From Catajapyx aquilonaris (Eukaryota): a DNA stretch of 64,000 nt. Shown here in pieces: positions 39,401 to 52,428 of the stretch. The notes under the pieces are model-generated. The model saw nothing but the letters and a program-made list of their open reading frames with translations. It was not told the origin of the DNA and did no database searches. The DNA lies in NCBI GenBank assembly GCA_000934665.2, contig JYFJ02000337.1, positions 1-64,000 of the forward strand, in the 5' to 3' direction. Numbering within the stretch: position 1 is the first letter of the stretch; every line of letters starts with the position of its first letter. Position numbers and translations under genes: made by a program.

Positions 39401-42400
39401 TTATATAACCCATCAAATGATCGCAAAAGCTGAGGAAAAAGTGTCAAATCACTGCTTAACCTTGTGCCGTTAAGTAGCTGCTTTTTCTCACTTGGTAATT
39501 GCACGATACGCATCAGCAAAAGCATTACGGACCAAAAAAGTTAATTGCAACATTGTTAGAAAAATAAACAACCGCTTTTTGGATGGAATGCCGTAGGGTG
39601 TTCATCATTATTTTTCAGAGCTTATGACCTAAAAAAATATTGGAACACACACGAAGGACCTTGGACATTTAATTTATAACCGACATCAAAAGTAATGGGT
39701 GTTATTAGCGCATAAATAGCTTCCCCGCCGATTCTGCTTGCGAATATTCACGACTTAGGTCCCAAAACAATTAGTAAGTTTTTACATGCTTAGGACAGCA
39801 GAAGCTGCTCTGTGACGGCCGGTAATGAGTGTAATTAATATGTGGCATTAATTATAACGCGATCTACATCCAAGATAAGAAGGGAATCTGGGTTAATTTC
39901 GGATGTAGCAACGTCAAATACACACTGGCCCCGCTTCTGGCGCCAATTAAAACCGGGAACATGGGTAAAAAAAATTGTTGTAAGAGCACAAAAAAGGCCA
40001 GAAGCAAGGCCGACAGTTCAGTCAAAAAGAAAAGAAAAGCCTACTTTCCTACATACAGAAGCGCACATGTGATGTTCCACATGAAACGTCACATGCACAC
40101 TCTAGGGGATGGTGGAAATTGGTGCAATTAACTTACTTTCTCTAGGTTATATGGAATTAAACAATTCATATCTAACGTCCCTGGAGGATATATGCAACGT
40201 ATAAGTGCTAATTATCACACCTCTCGTTCGATCAATCAGAAGGTTCTGGTCGTACAAGTTTGACGCTTCGGACGTGTAGAATTTACCTAAAAAATTGACT
40301 TCAAAATATGAAAATCTCATAAAATTATCTGTAATGATAAAGTGATCTCACAACATAGAATCGCTCCAAAAAATATTGTCTCACACCTTCTGCACGGTAT
40401 GTGACAAGTCACGTTCATCAATCACCAAAAACCGAGCTTCACAGGGTTCCAGCCCCTCTCAGACCTGATCTCGATCAGTACCCAGAATGTTCCTAGAAAA
40501 TAGACTTTGAACCACAGGAAACTTGACAAATGGTGTGAATGTCGTCACCTGGACGTTCCCTCGGTATTGGAAATGACCATCCCTTCCTGTCGTGTACAAA
40601 AAAGAAGGCAGAAGTTTTGCCCTATTCCGACTTGTGGCCAACGTGTGTGTGTCGGATGTGGGGACCCGCCTTCCAAAAAGGGCCTTCTTGAGAAAAGGGG
40701 CCGTCTTGGACCCACCAGGGGGCGGCCCCGGTTCAAAACAGTTGTCAAGAAGAGGGGGCTCGAACAAGGACTTTTTCAACCCAAAAGGTTGTGCGAAAAT
40801 GTACAGTTTTTCTACCCCTCTTTGGCCTGGATACAAACCGCATCGTGGGCTTGCTTCTGGTCACTTCTTGTCCATTGTTGTGCCCGGAAGCCAGGTGGGC
40901 AGGTTACACCAATCCGGGCAGTTGACTCCTCAAGAATGCTGCTTCCTTTGTTGTCGGTGCAGAGTCACGCAGCCGTGACCGATTAGGTTAGTGATGTATT
41001 GCAACAAACCATTCGTTCCGTCGACGGTCATCGGTCCATTACTCTACTCTGATCGGATCATGAGGCGGCTCGAATCATCCAGGGTTTTTGCAAAGTGGTG
41101 GTTCAAAATTGGCCATTTTTGGGGAGAAAGAAAATTGGGGTGGGACGCACCTTTTTTGTGAAATTGTTAAGCCTAACAAGGCGGTTCTTACATTCTGGTA
41201 AATCCATTTAATTTTATTCCACTAGAACCTGCTGCAATTTGGATTATGGCACTAATTATTATTTCCGAAGACTTTACTATAGCCCATACAGTTCGGAAAA
41301 TAAGTACGGTACCGGATATGTGACAATGGTGTTTATCACAAAAAATATCTTGCCTCAAATTCTAATGAAATGTACAGGAATCTAGATATAATAAACTTAA
41401 GGACACAACAGTGCAATTAATGCGATGATTGCAAAATTACACAAGCCACTTTTAGTCCAAGTCAAGATGTTGCAGGGGGTTTTGAAAAACTATATAATCA
41501 GCATGCGGCCATACGTCCGTGAATCCAAGCCCTTGACGCCAAAAATTACATAGTATTCGAGATAAGTGCAGAATTCGCAGCATGTATGTCAAAATGCTGC
41601 AAATAACTGCCTTTTTTATAGAAATGCCGCCTGTGTACTATTTCGTTCCAGGCATAAACATACAGTGAGGTTAATAATTACAGTCTGCCGTACGTGCAAC
41701 CCTTCGCAGATACATCAACACCGCGCCATACCGCGACGATTGTAAACAAAAGGTACTTTTTAGCGCTAATAGGCAAACAGCCTGACACAAAAACAGGCGC
41801 ATAAAATATGTGGCATAAAAGCAGCCAGCAAAGTGAGGTATTTCGTGCCTACGTTTAGTATTTATCAAAACTTTTCTGTTTTCTCCCAGGTAGCTACTAA
41901 TCACGCTGTCCTCTACAAATAATAAATCGTCTTAAATCGGCCGCTAATAAGCCATTAAACATTATCATGCGGATCAGGAGACTCATAAATCGCTTTTCAA
42001 CACCGAGGCGCAGCCCCCTTCCCTTGAAGAATCTTGATAAGGAAAATAAGAAACGCAGCGCTACTCACTGAATAGCAATTAACCGTCTTCTAAAATATCC
42101 ACATTACGTAAACCCCCAACTGCATTTGCCCTGTTATAAACGCTTCTCAAAAGAAAAGGAGGCCGCGTAATCTAAACTCACCCTTATCGAGTTATAGCAA
42201 CAGCCTTTCGGACCAGACACGTAATTATTAAGGCCGCGTAACAACCATCAGAAGTTAATTCATAATTATTAATATTAAGAGGGAAAGTAAATAAGTTACA
42301 TCACCAAGGCCTCATAACTGGGTAAATAAATAAATAAACTGAATAACATAAAAGCAACCATGCTGCAAACAAATTATACACAGCAATGCAATAAAACAAA

Positions 42401-45400
42401 TTCATAAAAGCATATGCATGCTGATGTGTAACAAGATGTTCACAAATAATTCATAAATAATCAATAATAAAAACATGCGGGTAATGGCTTATCCTTTATG
42501 TAGGGCTATTATCTATGTTTATTATTTGTAACGCTATACGTATGTAAGTGGTTCCTCTTACATTTTATTTTCGTATTTGTGAATAAGTTTATTTACATCC
42601 GTGCATTATTTCTTGGTACTTTTGTGTACACATAATAATCAAATAAACATGTGTTTGTGCATAAATAATAATCAAATAAATAAACATGCACGCACCATCG
42701 CGATTCAAAGGTATGCCCATCAAAGTTATGGCCACACAATGGCGGCCCCCATGTGCGTCGCTATGCTCGTATACCTTTTGTGCTCACTACGGTATACAAC
42801 CAACCCTATCTGAATAATATTTTTCCCCAGCATTTATTCGACTCCCTCATGATACCCAGGGGAGAGTATGGTAACGGTACCCAACAGCGCCTGCATTATT
42901 AGAGAACCAGCGATCCTGACATCCTCCTGCAAAGACACCTGGCCACTCTTTTTATACACATCAAACCCATTCCCTCCTCTTTGATTCCGACGGATGCCAC
43001 ACCCGTCGAGACGCTTCCCGTGACATGATGTCAGCAGTTTGACCCCCCTACATCCAAAAAACCCCAGCATAAAGGACTTTTTCTGGCTAATCACGTCCCC
43101 TATAGGACCGGAAGGGTAATCCAAAGTTGCTTCATCACCGGACCTGATCGTCCTAATCCAAACAAATTAGGCGGGCCCCATTTGTAATGATACGCAAGGG
43201 CTTTAAAAGGTTGCACCCCACAATAGAAAAGCCACCTGCCTCATGCAAATGAATGAAGACGTCAATTGTTCCCGATGGGGTCAATTCACCCCTAAAATGG
43301 GCCTCCGATCACCTGCATCGGTTAACGGATCCGATTAGTCATGTTGAAGTAAATGGACCCTGATGAGGAGCGTATGTCAACTTGGGGATTTTTTTTTTGA
43401 GGGAACGTTTGTACTGACGTGGGGCGTGCGGGGCTTCATGTCAGAAAGTGCTGACGCATCTAGGGTCAAAGGAGGAGATTCTGCGACCCTTCAGTCCTCC
43501 CTGTTGAAGCATCTGAAACTGATTCCAGTAGCCGATGGGTATCTCAAGATTGATGACAGAACCGAACCCTATCCACCCCACAAGACGCTTCATTGGAAGG
43601 GGAAAAAAGGGTAGGGTGATACATAGACCCCGTTTTTCTAATGACTGTTATGGTGAGGGCATCGGAGCAGAAACGGTTTTCAGATCAGGGGCCAAAAATG
43701 TGACTTTTATGGATAGGGAGACAGTGATACAGCGACGAAAGTATAAATAGTGTGAGACTTTTTGCTTGATTTACCTCGTATCAGTGTGCTGTGATGCTGA
43801 ATTTCACAATCGGTACAAAGAGTGTAATATATGGTATAAATTCGGCTTATTATACAACTGACAAAATATTGTAAAAATATTTACAGTCAGCATTTTTCCG
43901 TCAGATGGTGGCACACATAGGATCGAATGATCCAAAGAAAGGTGAGTCTGCACGGTTGACAAGCACGCAAAGTCCTTTACCTGCAAATTGTTCAAGCATT
44001 ACGAACATTTAGCGAATGGTAGATAAAGGTTGTTGATTTTTTCGTGCGTGAAAAAGCTGCATTGAATCGTCTTTTGTTGTGTCAGACGGAAGTAAAACTG
44101 CTGGGCCACCTGTAAAGCGCCAATTAGATAAGGCAGGAGAGCCGTATAGGTTAGCTAACTTCCAGGATGAACTTAGCCTAAATACAATATAAAAAGCTCA
44201 ATTTGTTCAATCGGCCGGATATTAGCCCAAGAAGGTTGTCTCGAAGGGCATTGTGCTCATAGAATACTAACTTACACCTTTAATTTTGTGCCAGTCACTT
44301 ACAGATGTCAAGCATAAGTGCACCCCACCTATACCAAAAGCCAGAATTCACTAGGCAGGATTGATAGCCATGAAAATTGATAATTCTGAAGCAAGGTGTT
44401 ATTTTTAACACACTGCACACGTAATTCATATGCATAAATACCTGGAGGCGCGTATTTTTCAGGAACGATAATTAATTCTGACGAGACGGATTATGTACAC
44501 AGGCTTAGCAGGTACAAAGCACCCAACACAATGGCTAGTCATGATGGCGTGAATACATAATAGCAAAGTATATGCGACTATGGGCATGGGGATGAAGCGG
44601 TCACGACGTCCGCATGTCGGTGGTGAGCCATGTGGTTAGCATCTCAAACGACCTCCGTTTCTGTTCATCATCACCCCTCTCAGCTAAATGGGGCCTGAGT
44701 GTGTCGGTCTGTCGACAAACAGTGACCAGGGGTTCCGGTACGCCACGAAAAGGAAACTCTAAGCAGCTTCTGGACTCCCAAACTGACATGTGATGCTTTA
44801 TACGAGACACATTCAGGTAGGTTCACACATGCGTCGTTGGGTTGCTCATATCCACCAAAAGACAGGAACGGCCATGTGAACCCACACTTGTCCCTGGATC
44901 CGTTCTTCCAAAAAGGGGGTTGGACGCACCTTACTCTCTCTCTGTTCATATCTCACGGCATCTTAATTTGTCAAACTGGCCTCCTATCTATCCCATCCCG
45001 GCTGATTAAAGCGCCATCAAGAAGAGGCGGCGCCCTTGACATTCCATAAAAGCTGGAAAAAGAAGAGCGCGCCCCCTATAGCTCTGTCCTTATCCAGGGC
45101 GGCCATCTTCACAACCCCTCGAACCAGCATATATACACAGAAGAAGCAGCTGCCAAAAAGTAGAGAGAGAGGACCCTAGATAGGGATCTTGAGGTCTCCA
45201 GAAAGGACTGGGGCAGATGCGGAATCTGGAGGACCATTGATGTCTTTTCTCCCCCAGCCCCCCCTCTAGTCAGCGGTCCCCCTTATATTCTGTATGGTCC
45301 AGATCGTAATCTGTGTCTTGGTCACCTCATGATTCCTCAGCTGGGTTATCTGCTCAGCTTGCTTTACCAAAGACCCGCAAAAGTGTGAACTCAATATCCG

Positions 45401-46554
45401 CTCTTGATAATCTGCGATGAAACATCGATATTTTTTGAGTCCATTACTAGGCCTACTGTACTAACGTCTACTGCTACTGTTACGACTACAGCATTAGTGA
45501 ATTTCAGAGGATTTCCCGAGGGCAGATATAGATATTCGATGTGATAATGTCTTTCAGTGATTTGATCCGCATATGAAGGTAGTTACCTCCTTTGTCATAA
45601 CACCGGTCCGACTTGTCGCTTGTCACAATCTGGCACGTCCCATGCGATCGTTCAGGCCTGACAGCGCCGCCCTTGACAGGTGTCTGTCACTTTGAACCTA
45701 CGATCCGATGTTGGTTGCAAGCCAGATGAGCCGCTTAGGAATTTTTCGAAGCTGGTCCTCCATCCTTCATTAGAATTTGGCACCTGAGTGTGGATGACCG
45801 CACACGTATGGCCTAACAGTCGGCAAGCGATGGGAACGTGTGCACATGTCCCCCAATATTTGCCTTGGCTCGTCCCAAGTGTACGGTGTGAATATGGGAT
45901 GACTTCCGGGCACGCTCGCAGCAGACGACGACGACGTGCCCTATCCCTGTATATTACGAAGGATTTTGGGGTTGTTTACGGTGCCTGAGGGTCAACTTTC
46001 CATATGCCACGCGGTACCGTATATGGGAATTACGGAATCTCGGCCTGGCGTACGTGTAAAGGGATGTAAGTATGGAGGTGGTACCAAGACGTCTGCTTCA
46101 CCGCATATTAATTTTTTGCTTTTTTGTTTTATGGCATACAGGTGCTGGCAGGTACTGATCACGCAGGTTGTAAATACTGCTGTTTGAATAAAAATACTGA
46201 AACTAGTAGGTTGCTAAATAAACAGCGTAAAAATGATTTCATGCCTATGAAAAAAAGTAAAAAGTGATTTATCAAACGCTCCTATCGCTAATTGCAGGAA
46301 AAGTCAGTCTTGGGCAACTCCAGGCCAAAAACACCGTCCCACAATCGGGCAACGCATAAAATTAAGCCCTGTTACAGCACGCCATGAGGCCATAAAGTAC
46401 ACGGCAAGATACGTGCAAACAACTACAAGAAACCTGTGACGCCAAGTACACGCGTAATGCGACTGATAGCCCCATGGCATCATAAAGTTCAATCGTGACT
46501 TTCCTGCTGCATCTGACCAAAAAATGTTTAGTCCAAACCGTGAATCTGGCTACT

Positions 46555-46556
46555 GT

Positions 46557-46587
<31 letters not shown>

Positions 46588-46588
46588 T
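46555..46588. repeat. (TTTA)~8 microsatellite
   Basis: Directly visible. Confidence 0.93.
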
Positions 46589-49500
46589 CTGGTAGAGTGC
46601 TCATAGTTCCTGACTTTCATGACTGGTCAGAACTTCTACACCATCATGCTTCCACCTCAGACTCTGTACAAAACAGCCGGATTTGGAGGCCGCATCTCAA
46701 GTGGAGTGTACCGTACGGTAAATGTGGGGGTGTAGTCCTCTCTTTTCATAGACAGTGATGGAGACTGAGATAAGATGAAGGGGGCGATGTGGAGCGAGAA
46801 GTGGCCTCTCTCGCAAAAAGGCCCCCCCTTTTCTTTGTGATGAGTGGACGGAGGATTCGAACTGAATAGCTCTCAGCGAAGATGGGATACGGCGATAACT
46901 GCTGAGGACTCTCCTTTGTTCTCACCTGATGGAAAAGGGAAACTTTTACGGGGGAGGGTTTCTTCGGAGGTGGGATCAGGAGTTATCACCTGCTGCACTG
47001 AAAATTGGCCTCCCCCGTGAGGTTCGCCCCGTGTCCAGAAAACGCCATAAACGCAACCCCACGCTGATTTTTACGCTCGTCATTATAAGCCGGCCTCCGA
47101 TAAGCCCCACATAAAAATTCTCCAATAGAAAAAAAGGGGTCGTGCAGGTCATTACCTCATAACGAATTACTTTACCGTAACTCCGTTATTTTAAAGTATC
47201 GGATAACGTACATAACTGTGACACGAGCCAGAGGGAGGTCGCCAGAAATGGTGGCCTTTCCTTGGTAAGACGGACACGTAGGTGCCAAGTTTTCCTTCAA
47301 GTTTCAGGTATGACAAGTCGTGATAAGAGCTTAATTGGCACAGTCTAGTATACACAAAACTGTCCAAGTTGACACCTTCAACAAAATTTAATGCAATAGC
47401 ACATCAGTACCTCTTTGGGTGTCCCTCACATGTCACACTGATTCTGCGTCTCCGGAATGCCAAATCCGTATAAATCTGTCACGGTTCTCGCAACCGTACA
47501 ATTTCTTCAAATGCAACAACAGGATGAATGTCATAAATCTGTCTTCGCTCGTGCAAGATGAAGGTAGGCCTGGTTGTAAATCACGGGATAAATTGAGTCC
47601 TTACAATTTTTGCCGCGGCCCCCTGATCTCACTTACGCCCTGCTTTCTGGCCTTAGTAAACACTGTTTTTGTTTACACGGCGACGCCACCTAAGATTTGT
47701 GCCCCCGGTTATAATTTCTAGGCTTACAGTCCCTGCAATGAATCAACCCCACACTAAAAATATAACGCCTTCTGATTACCACTAACGGTACACTGCTGTG
47801 CATCAAGATTTTTGGGGGCTCTGTCTTTAACACTGTGTGAATAGGTTGGATAAATTATGGAAATGTAATCCCATATACGAGACCAGCATTTACCATCCAC
47901 TTTGTGCTTGTTTTCTGCTTACAGGTGCGGGCTATCTCTTTTAATCTGGGCTTTACATGCCCTGGACCATAATGTTCCCTTTAGGAAAACGTGAACAGGG
48001 TTGGATGGGGATGTGGGGAAAGAACCGGTTTTATCAACAGTAAAAGATTCATCTGATTTTTTTCTTCTTCTTCTCTCCTGTCTCGTTCCTTCCTTGCTGG
48101 CTCCTTGGATGAGAAGGACAAGGTTTGCTCAGGAGCTTAGGTTATTCTGGCGTACAGCTGTAACTTGGTGATTAAAAGAGCAGGGTTCTGGGCCTTGGAA
48201 GTGGAGACCGGTTGTTGTGGGGGTCCTCTTTGTTGTAGGTCGTTTTTCAGGTGACTGAGAGTGGTGCAAGTGGACTGTCAAGTTCAATGTTTGAATCATC
48301 GCTATTTTCAAACAGTCCGACTGAAGGTTAAACTAGCAAACTTTGTAACAATATTTATATAGCCCATTTATGTAACGTTGGTATTACATAGGCCCACTGC
48401 AATGAAGTCGATGGCTGTTGGGTGTGCTGGGAGGAAGAAAATAGAGGATATTAATTTTAGCAATGTCAAATAACAATAAAAATTAATAACAATATATAGC
48501 TAAGTTTATCATCATAAAGAGAATTGATTTACAAAATCATTCACTTTAAATGCAACTTTATATGTAGACACAGCATAGGCACGTTAAATATTGGACGGAC
48601 ATATACAAATATTGCTTGCTTGTACAAATACATGAAAGTTTACTAGCTGCTAACAGTTAGTAGATTCTACATGCTGCAGTATACCTATATTCATCGTTTC
48701 ACAAGGTTGCTCTTGACAATGAAAAATGAGACTCCAGGAGTATTAAATGCCAACTTTATGGACCCTGGCCTCTTAGAATACATGCCTACAATCAAGGTAC
48801 ATCAATTAATGGCATTGTTTGGCACCTCAACGAGAATGCTGCTAAATTAAGGCTTGGTCTGCTATAAGAATAGCATTGCTGTAAATTCAAGGTTGCTGGT
48901 TCCAATAATTTAAGAGAAAGACATGCTGAATTACTGCAGATTAGTCACCTGCTGGGTTTACCCAATGGATATCAAGGAAAACAGTACATAGGCAAATCAA
49001 CAATTCTGAGCAATAACTTACAAAATAAATGAACACTTTGAATTGCCTTCTAGGCATGCTATAGCATGTCCAGAAGGTAATTGAAAGTGTTCATTTATTT
49101 CTCGTTATTTTTAGTCGTAAAATAACTAAGAAAACCTTCAAATTGGTAAAACAGAACCAAACCTCTCTTACACCTACTATAACTGTGGCGTAAGTTAATG
49201 GGAAAACCTTGCGGCCAATTATCTCGTATATACAACAGCACAGGCAGGCAATTTTTGTGCCCCATACCACCACATTATTACATTGTGTTGTGGAAAAGCA
49301 TGGATAATATTCCATTCCCGACGTTATAGTAATTTTGTTTCTTTTTATGTCCCATGTCCTTATAGTCACCTTAGTTCCTCTAGTCTTTGTTTCCTGCAAG
49401 GTCAGCGTGGCTATTATAGAAATGCATGTAATTTAGCATATTGTAGTAGCTATGCAAGTAAGCTGTTACATTACGTTGCGAGCCATTCAGTTTCTATGGC

Positions 49501-49739
49501 GTATGTGGCCATATTGGATACTGTGCATTCAGTGAGCACTATGAATATTAACACATTTAATGTTTCTCTATATTTGAAGATGGCAATCCAAATGCAAATA
49601 TTAATACACATATATGCGTATTGATATTTCCATTCTTTGCATACATGGACATACGTGTGTTAATATGTAGGACAATAAACAATTGATATCCCATCATCTC
49701 ATCCACATCTGACCGCATGCCATTTAAAATCCTGGCAAA

Positions 49740-50395
49740 TTCGCAATTCTTCCTGACGCTGACGTAAGATCAGGAAAAATGGCCGCGTCTGGAGGACAAC
49801 CTGAACACTTCCCCTTATCCTTGATCTGGAACAAAATACACCCCACTCCTTCTTATCAAAAAACCCCCCCACACCTCAAGGAGTCCATGCCAAATAGAGA
49901 AAGTCCACCCCCTATCCCCCCTCCCCCACCTCAAAAACACAACCTTGATCGACAGTCCCAGCAAAAGAGGTGGAGTTTTCCCACACTCGTTTCACCCGGC
50001 CACCACACACACATACCCAACCCCCTATCGCCTTTAAAGAAAAGCAGTGGCACGTGCACTCAAAAGCATCGCAAGAAGTCGTCATGGCCAGGCGGGGCGG
50101 ATAATTCTTTCCAACAATTTTTTTTTTTTCTATCCACAAACGGAATGCGGGGCCCTACTCAGCTGACCAATAGTAACTCGGGTGGCGCATGCCGGGAATC
50201 TACTGCGTCAGAGCCTTGCGATTGGCTGGATGGAAGGGCAGTTGAGTTTTAAAAAATAAAAAATAAAAAAGGTACTCAGAGTCTCAGTGGTCTCAGTCGT
50301 AGCACCGTGTACAATTTTCTGGTGCTTGGATGAGTAAGGACTGATGTACTGGTTATGGGCGCGTATTGAGAGTGTTTAGTGTGGACAGTTTTCGA
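49740..50395 (+). promoter_or_regulatory. hairy proximal promoter and 5'UTR
   Basis: TGACG half-CREs (about 49754-49766), YY1/Pho-like AAAATGGCCG (49776-49785), Su(H) site TTCCCACA (49978-49985), class-B E-box TGGCACGTGC (50048-50057), GC box, CCAAT boxes (about 50167 and 50221), an AT-rich TATA-like stretch at about 50248 and an arthropod Inr-like TCAGTC (50293-50298). Confidence 0.6.
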
Positions 50396-51736
50396 ATGTG
50401 TACCGGTGATACCATGGGGCCGGAGAATGTTGCGAGGAAGTCTAGCGAGACTAGGAGGGTGAGTTGACAATTCTTATAGAGCATTTAAAAAGAAACTGCA
50501 AGCCGTTTCGTAGTTAAATGACATCAGCTGAATACATTATTTTCATACAAATTTGTTCGAATTGTTAGGTGCTTCTGAAGTCTATATGAAATTTTTCTAC
50601 TATTTCAGAGCAACAAGCCGATTATGGAGAAGCGGCGAAGGGCGCGGATTAACAACTGCTTGAACGAGCTAAAAAATCTGATCCTGGATGCTCTCAAGAA
50701 GGACGTAAGTACAGTTTTTGTGGTGTACGCAGCAGGTATTTTTATGATGGGAACAAAAAGCGCGCTTCAAGGTCTCCTTAGAAAACGCTTTGCTTAAAAA
50801 AACAATTTCGCAGTTTGGCGCTAATACTCCCCCAGCTTTAATTAAATTACATGCGCTATTAGCGTGTCACTGACGTTGCCGGTGGTCAAAACGGAAGACC
50901 ATACCATGCGACAGCATCTTAGAACAGGTGTCGCATTCCAGATGATATCGCGACTCCAGCGATGCCATCTGAGTCTTGAAGGACTTGGGTAATGACAGGA
51001 TTGTATTCCCCAAAGTAGTCACGTGTGTCATTGAAGATTTATGGGGTGCGCCCTTATTGAAGGTGGTGCTCAGGTACTCACGATTTTCGTCACGCCTACT
51101 TGTTGCTGTTGCTCGAAGAAAAAAACAATGTATCGCGTGCAAAACCTAACCCTTTTTGTACCATTCCAGCCAGCGCGACACTCCAAGCTGGAGAAGGCGG
51201 ACATCCTGGAGATGACCGTCAAGCACCTAGAGAACATCCAGAGGCAGACGATGGCCATGGCTATTGCGGCTGACCCCAACGTGGTCAACAAGTACAGGGC
51301 CGGATTCAACGAGTGCGTCAACGAGGTGGCCCGATTCCTGGGCAAAGTGGACAACCTGAACCCGCAGGTCAAGCAGCGACTTCTGGGTCATCTGGCCAAC
51401 TGCATCAACGGCGCTTCTTCGCCTCCCGAACCAGTCCAGGTACAGCTACCGACCATCAACGTGGTGTCCGAACCGACCGGAGTCATCGGGAGCCTCCAGC
51501 TGGTACCGACCCAGTTGGCCAACGGTGACATCGCGTATGTGGTGCCAGCGCCGAAGGAACCAGAGCCCAAACCGGTGCCACCAACAGCCGTGGTGGCTCC
51601 GGTGGTGCATACCCCAAAACCCGAACCATGCGGGTTGGACCTACGTACCGAGGCCACCAAAGAAGCGGCGGGGTTGAAGGTGGAACCCGAGCCAGAAGAG
51701 GAGGACGGACAGGATAAGATGTGGAGGCCGTGGTGA
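50396..51736 (+). CDS. h: Hairy (HES-family bHLH-Orange repressor with WRPW), about 241 aa
   Basis: Exons 50396-50458 ([21 protein letters not shown]; alternative ATG at 50414), 50609-50704 ([32 protein letters not shown]) and 51170-51736 ([20 protein letters not shown]..Orange domain [40 protein letters not shown]). Both introns are phase 0. The residues RRSNK, INNC, LILDA, RHSK, AADP and CVNEV.RF match hairy better than deadpan. Confidence 0.93.
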
Positions 51737-51765
51737 CCTCTCAGCAAGGTCGCCGCTTGATACAC

Positions 51766-52395
51766 CGTGGGAATGAAGGTCCATCTGGTGCTACCCGTGG
51801 GACTCAGTGTGTAGAGTGGGTGACCAGACGGGGCCAGACTCCCACGTCCTTTAATTGAGACCTTCTGGCGGGACCAATGGACTTCTTAGTCACACCATTA
51901 TCATGTTACTTATTACAGCCCTGTGTGAGGGCTGATGGACCCCAATGTTTTCCAACAGATTTGTATTTATTTTTATAAAGACCTTATTTTGAAACATGTG
52001 TGCTTATTTAATATAAGGCGGTGCCCATTTTCTGGATGAGAAAATCCTGTCCATTTGAGGAGGGCAGGTGCAAAGGATTTTTTGGAAGTCCAAAAAAACC
52101 CCCACGCCCCACGTCAAGTTGAGAGAAACACCCGAGTCATAAGACCCGCTCAGCTCGGGCCTTATTTGCTCGAGACTTTTAACTAAGCAGGATAAACATC
52201 GCTGGCAGGCGAGGCCGGATTCCAAGACCTCACAAGATAAAATAAGAGAAGAGGTCGGGCAGACGGCTGGTGGAGAAATAGATGACTAGTTTATAAGGTG
52301 GAGCTCTATATTTCTAAATTGGCTATGCTATGACTCGACACATACAGATGATTAGGGGTCAGCCCAGAAATGGAATTCTCACTGATTTATATGTT

Positions 52396-52428
<33 letters not shown>

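Noticed and set aside
40459..40986. Overlapping 125-159 aa ORFs with CxxC-like pairs
   Set aside because: Open in several frames because of local GC richness. The Cys spacing fits no zinc-finger family I recognise, and there are no supporting exons.
50396..51736. Assignment as deadpan or E(spl) instead of hairy
   Set aside because: E(spl) genes are typically intronless with a different basic region, and the diagnostic bHLH/Orange residues match hairy better than deadpan. A gene tree would settle it.
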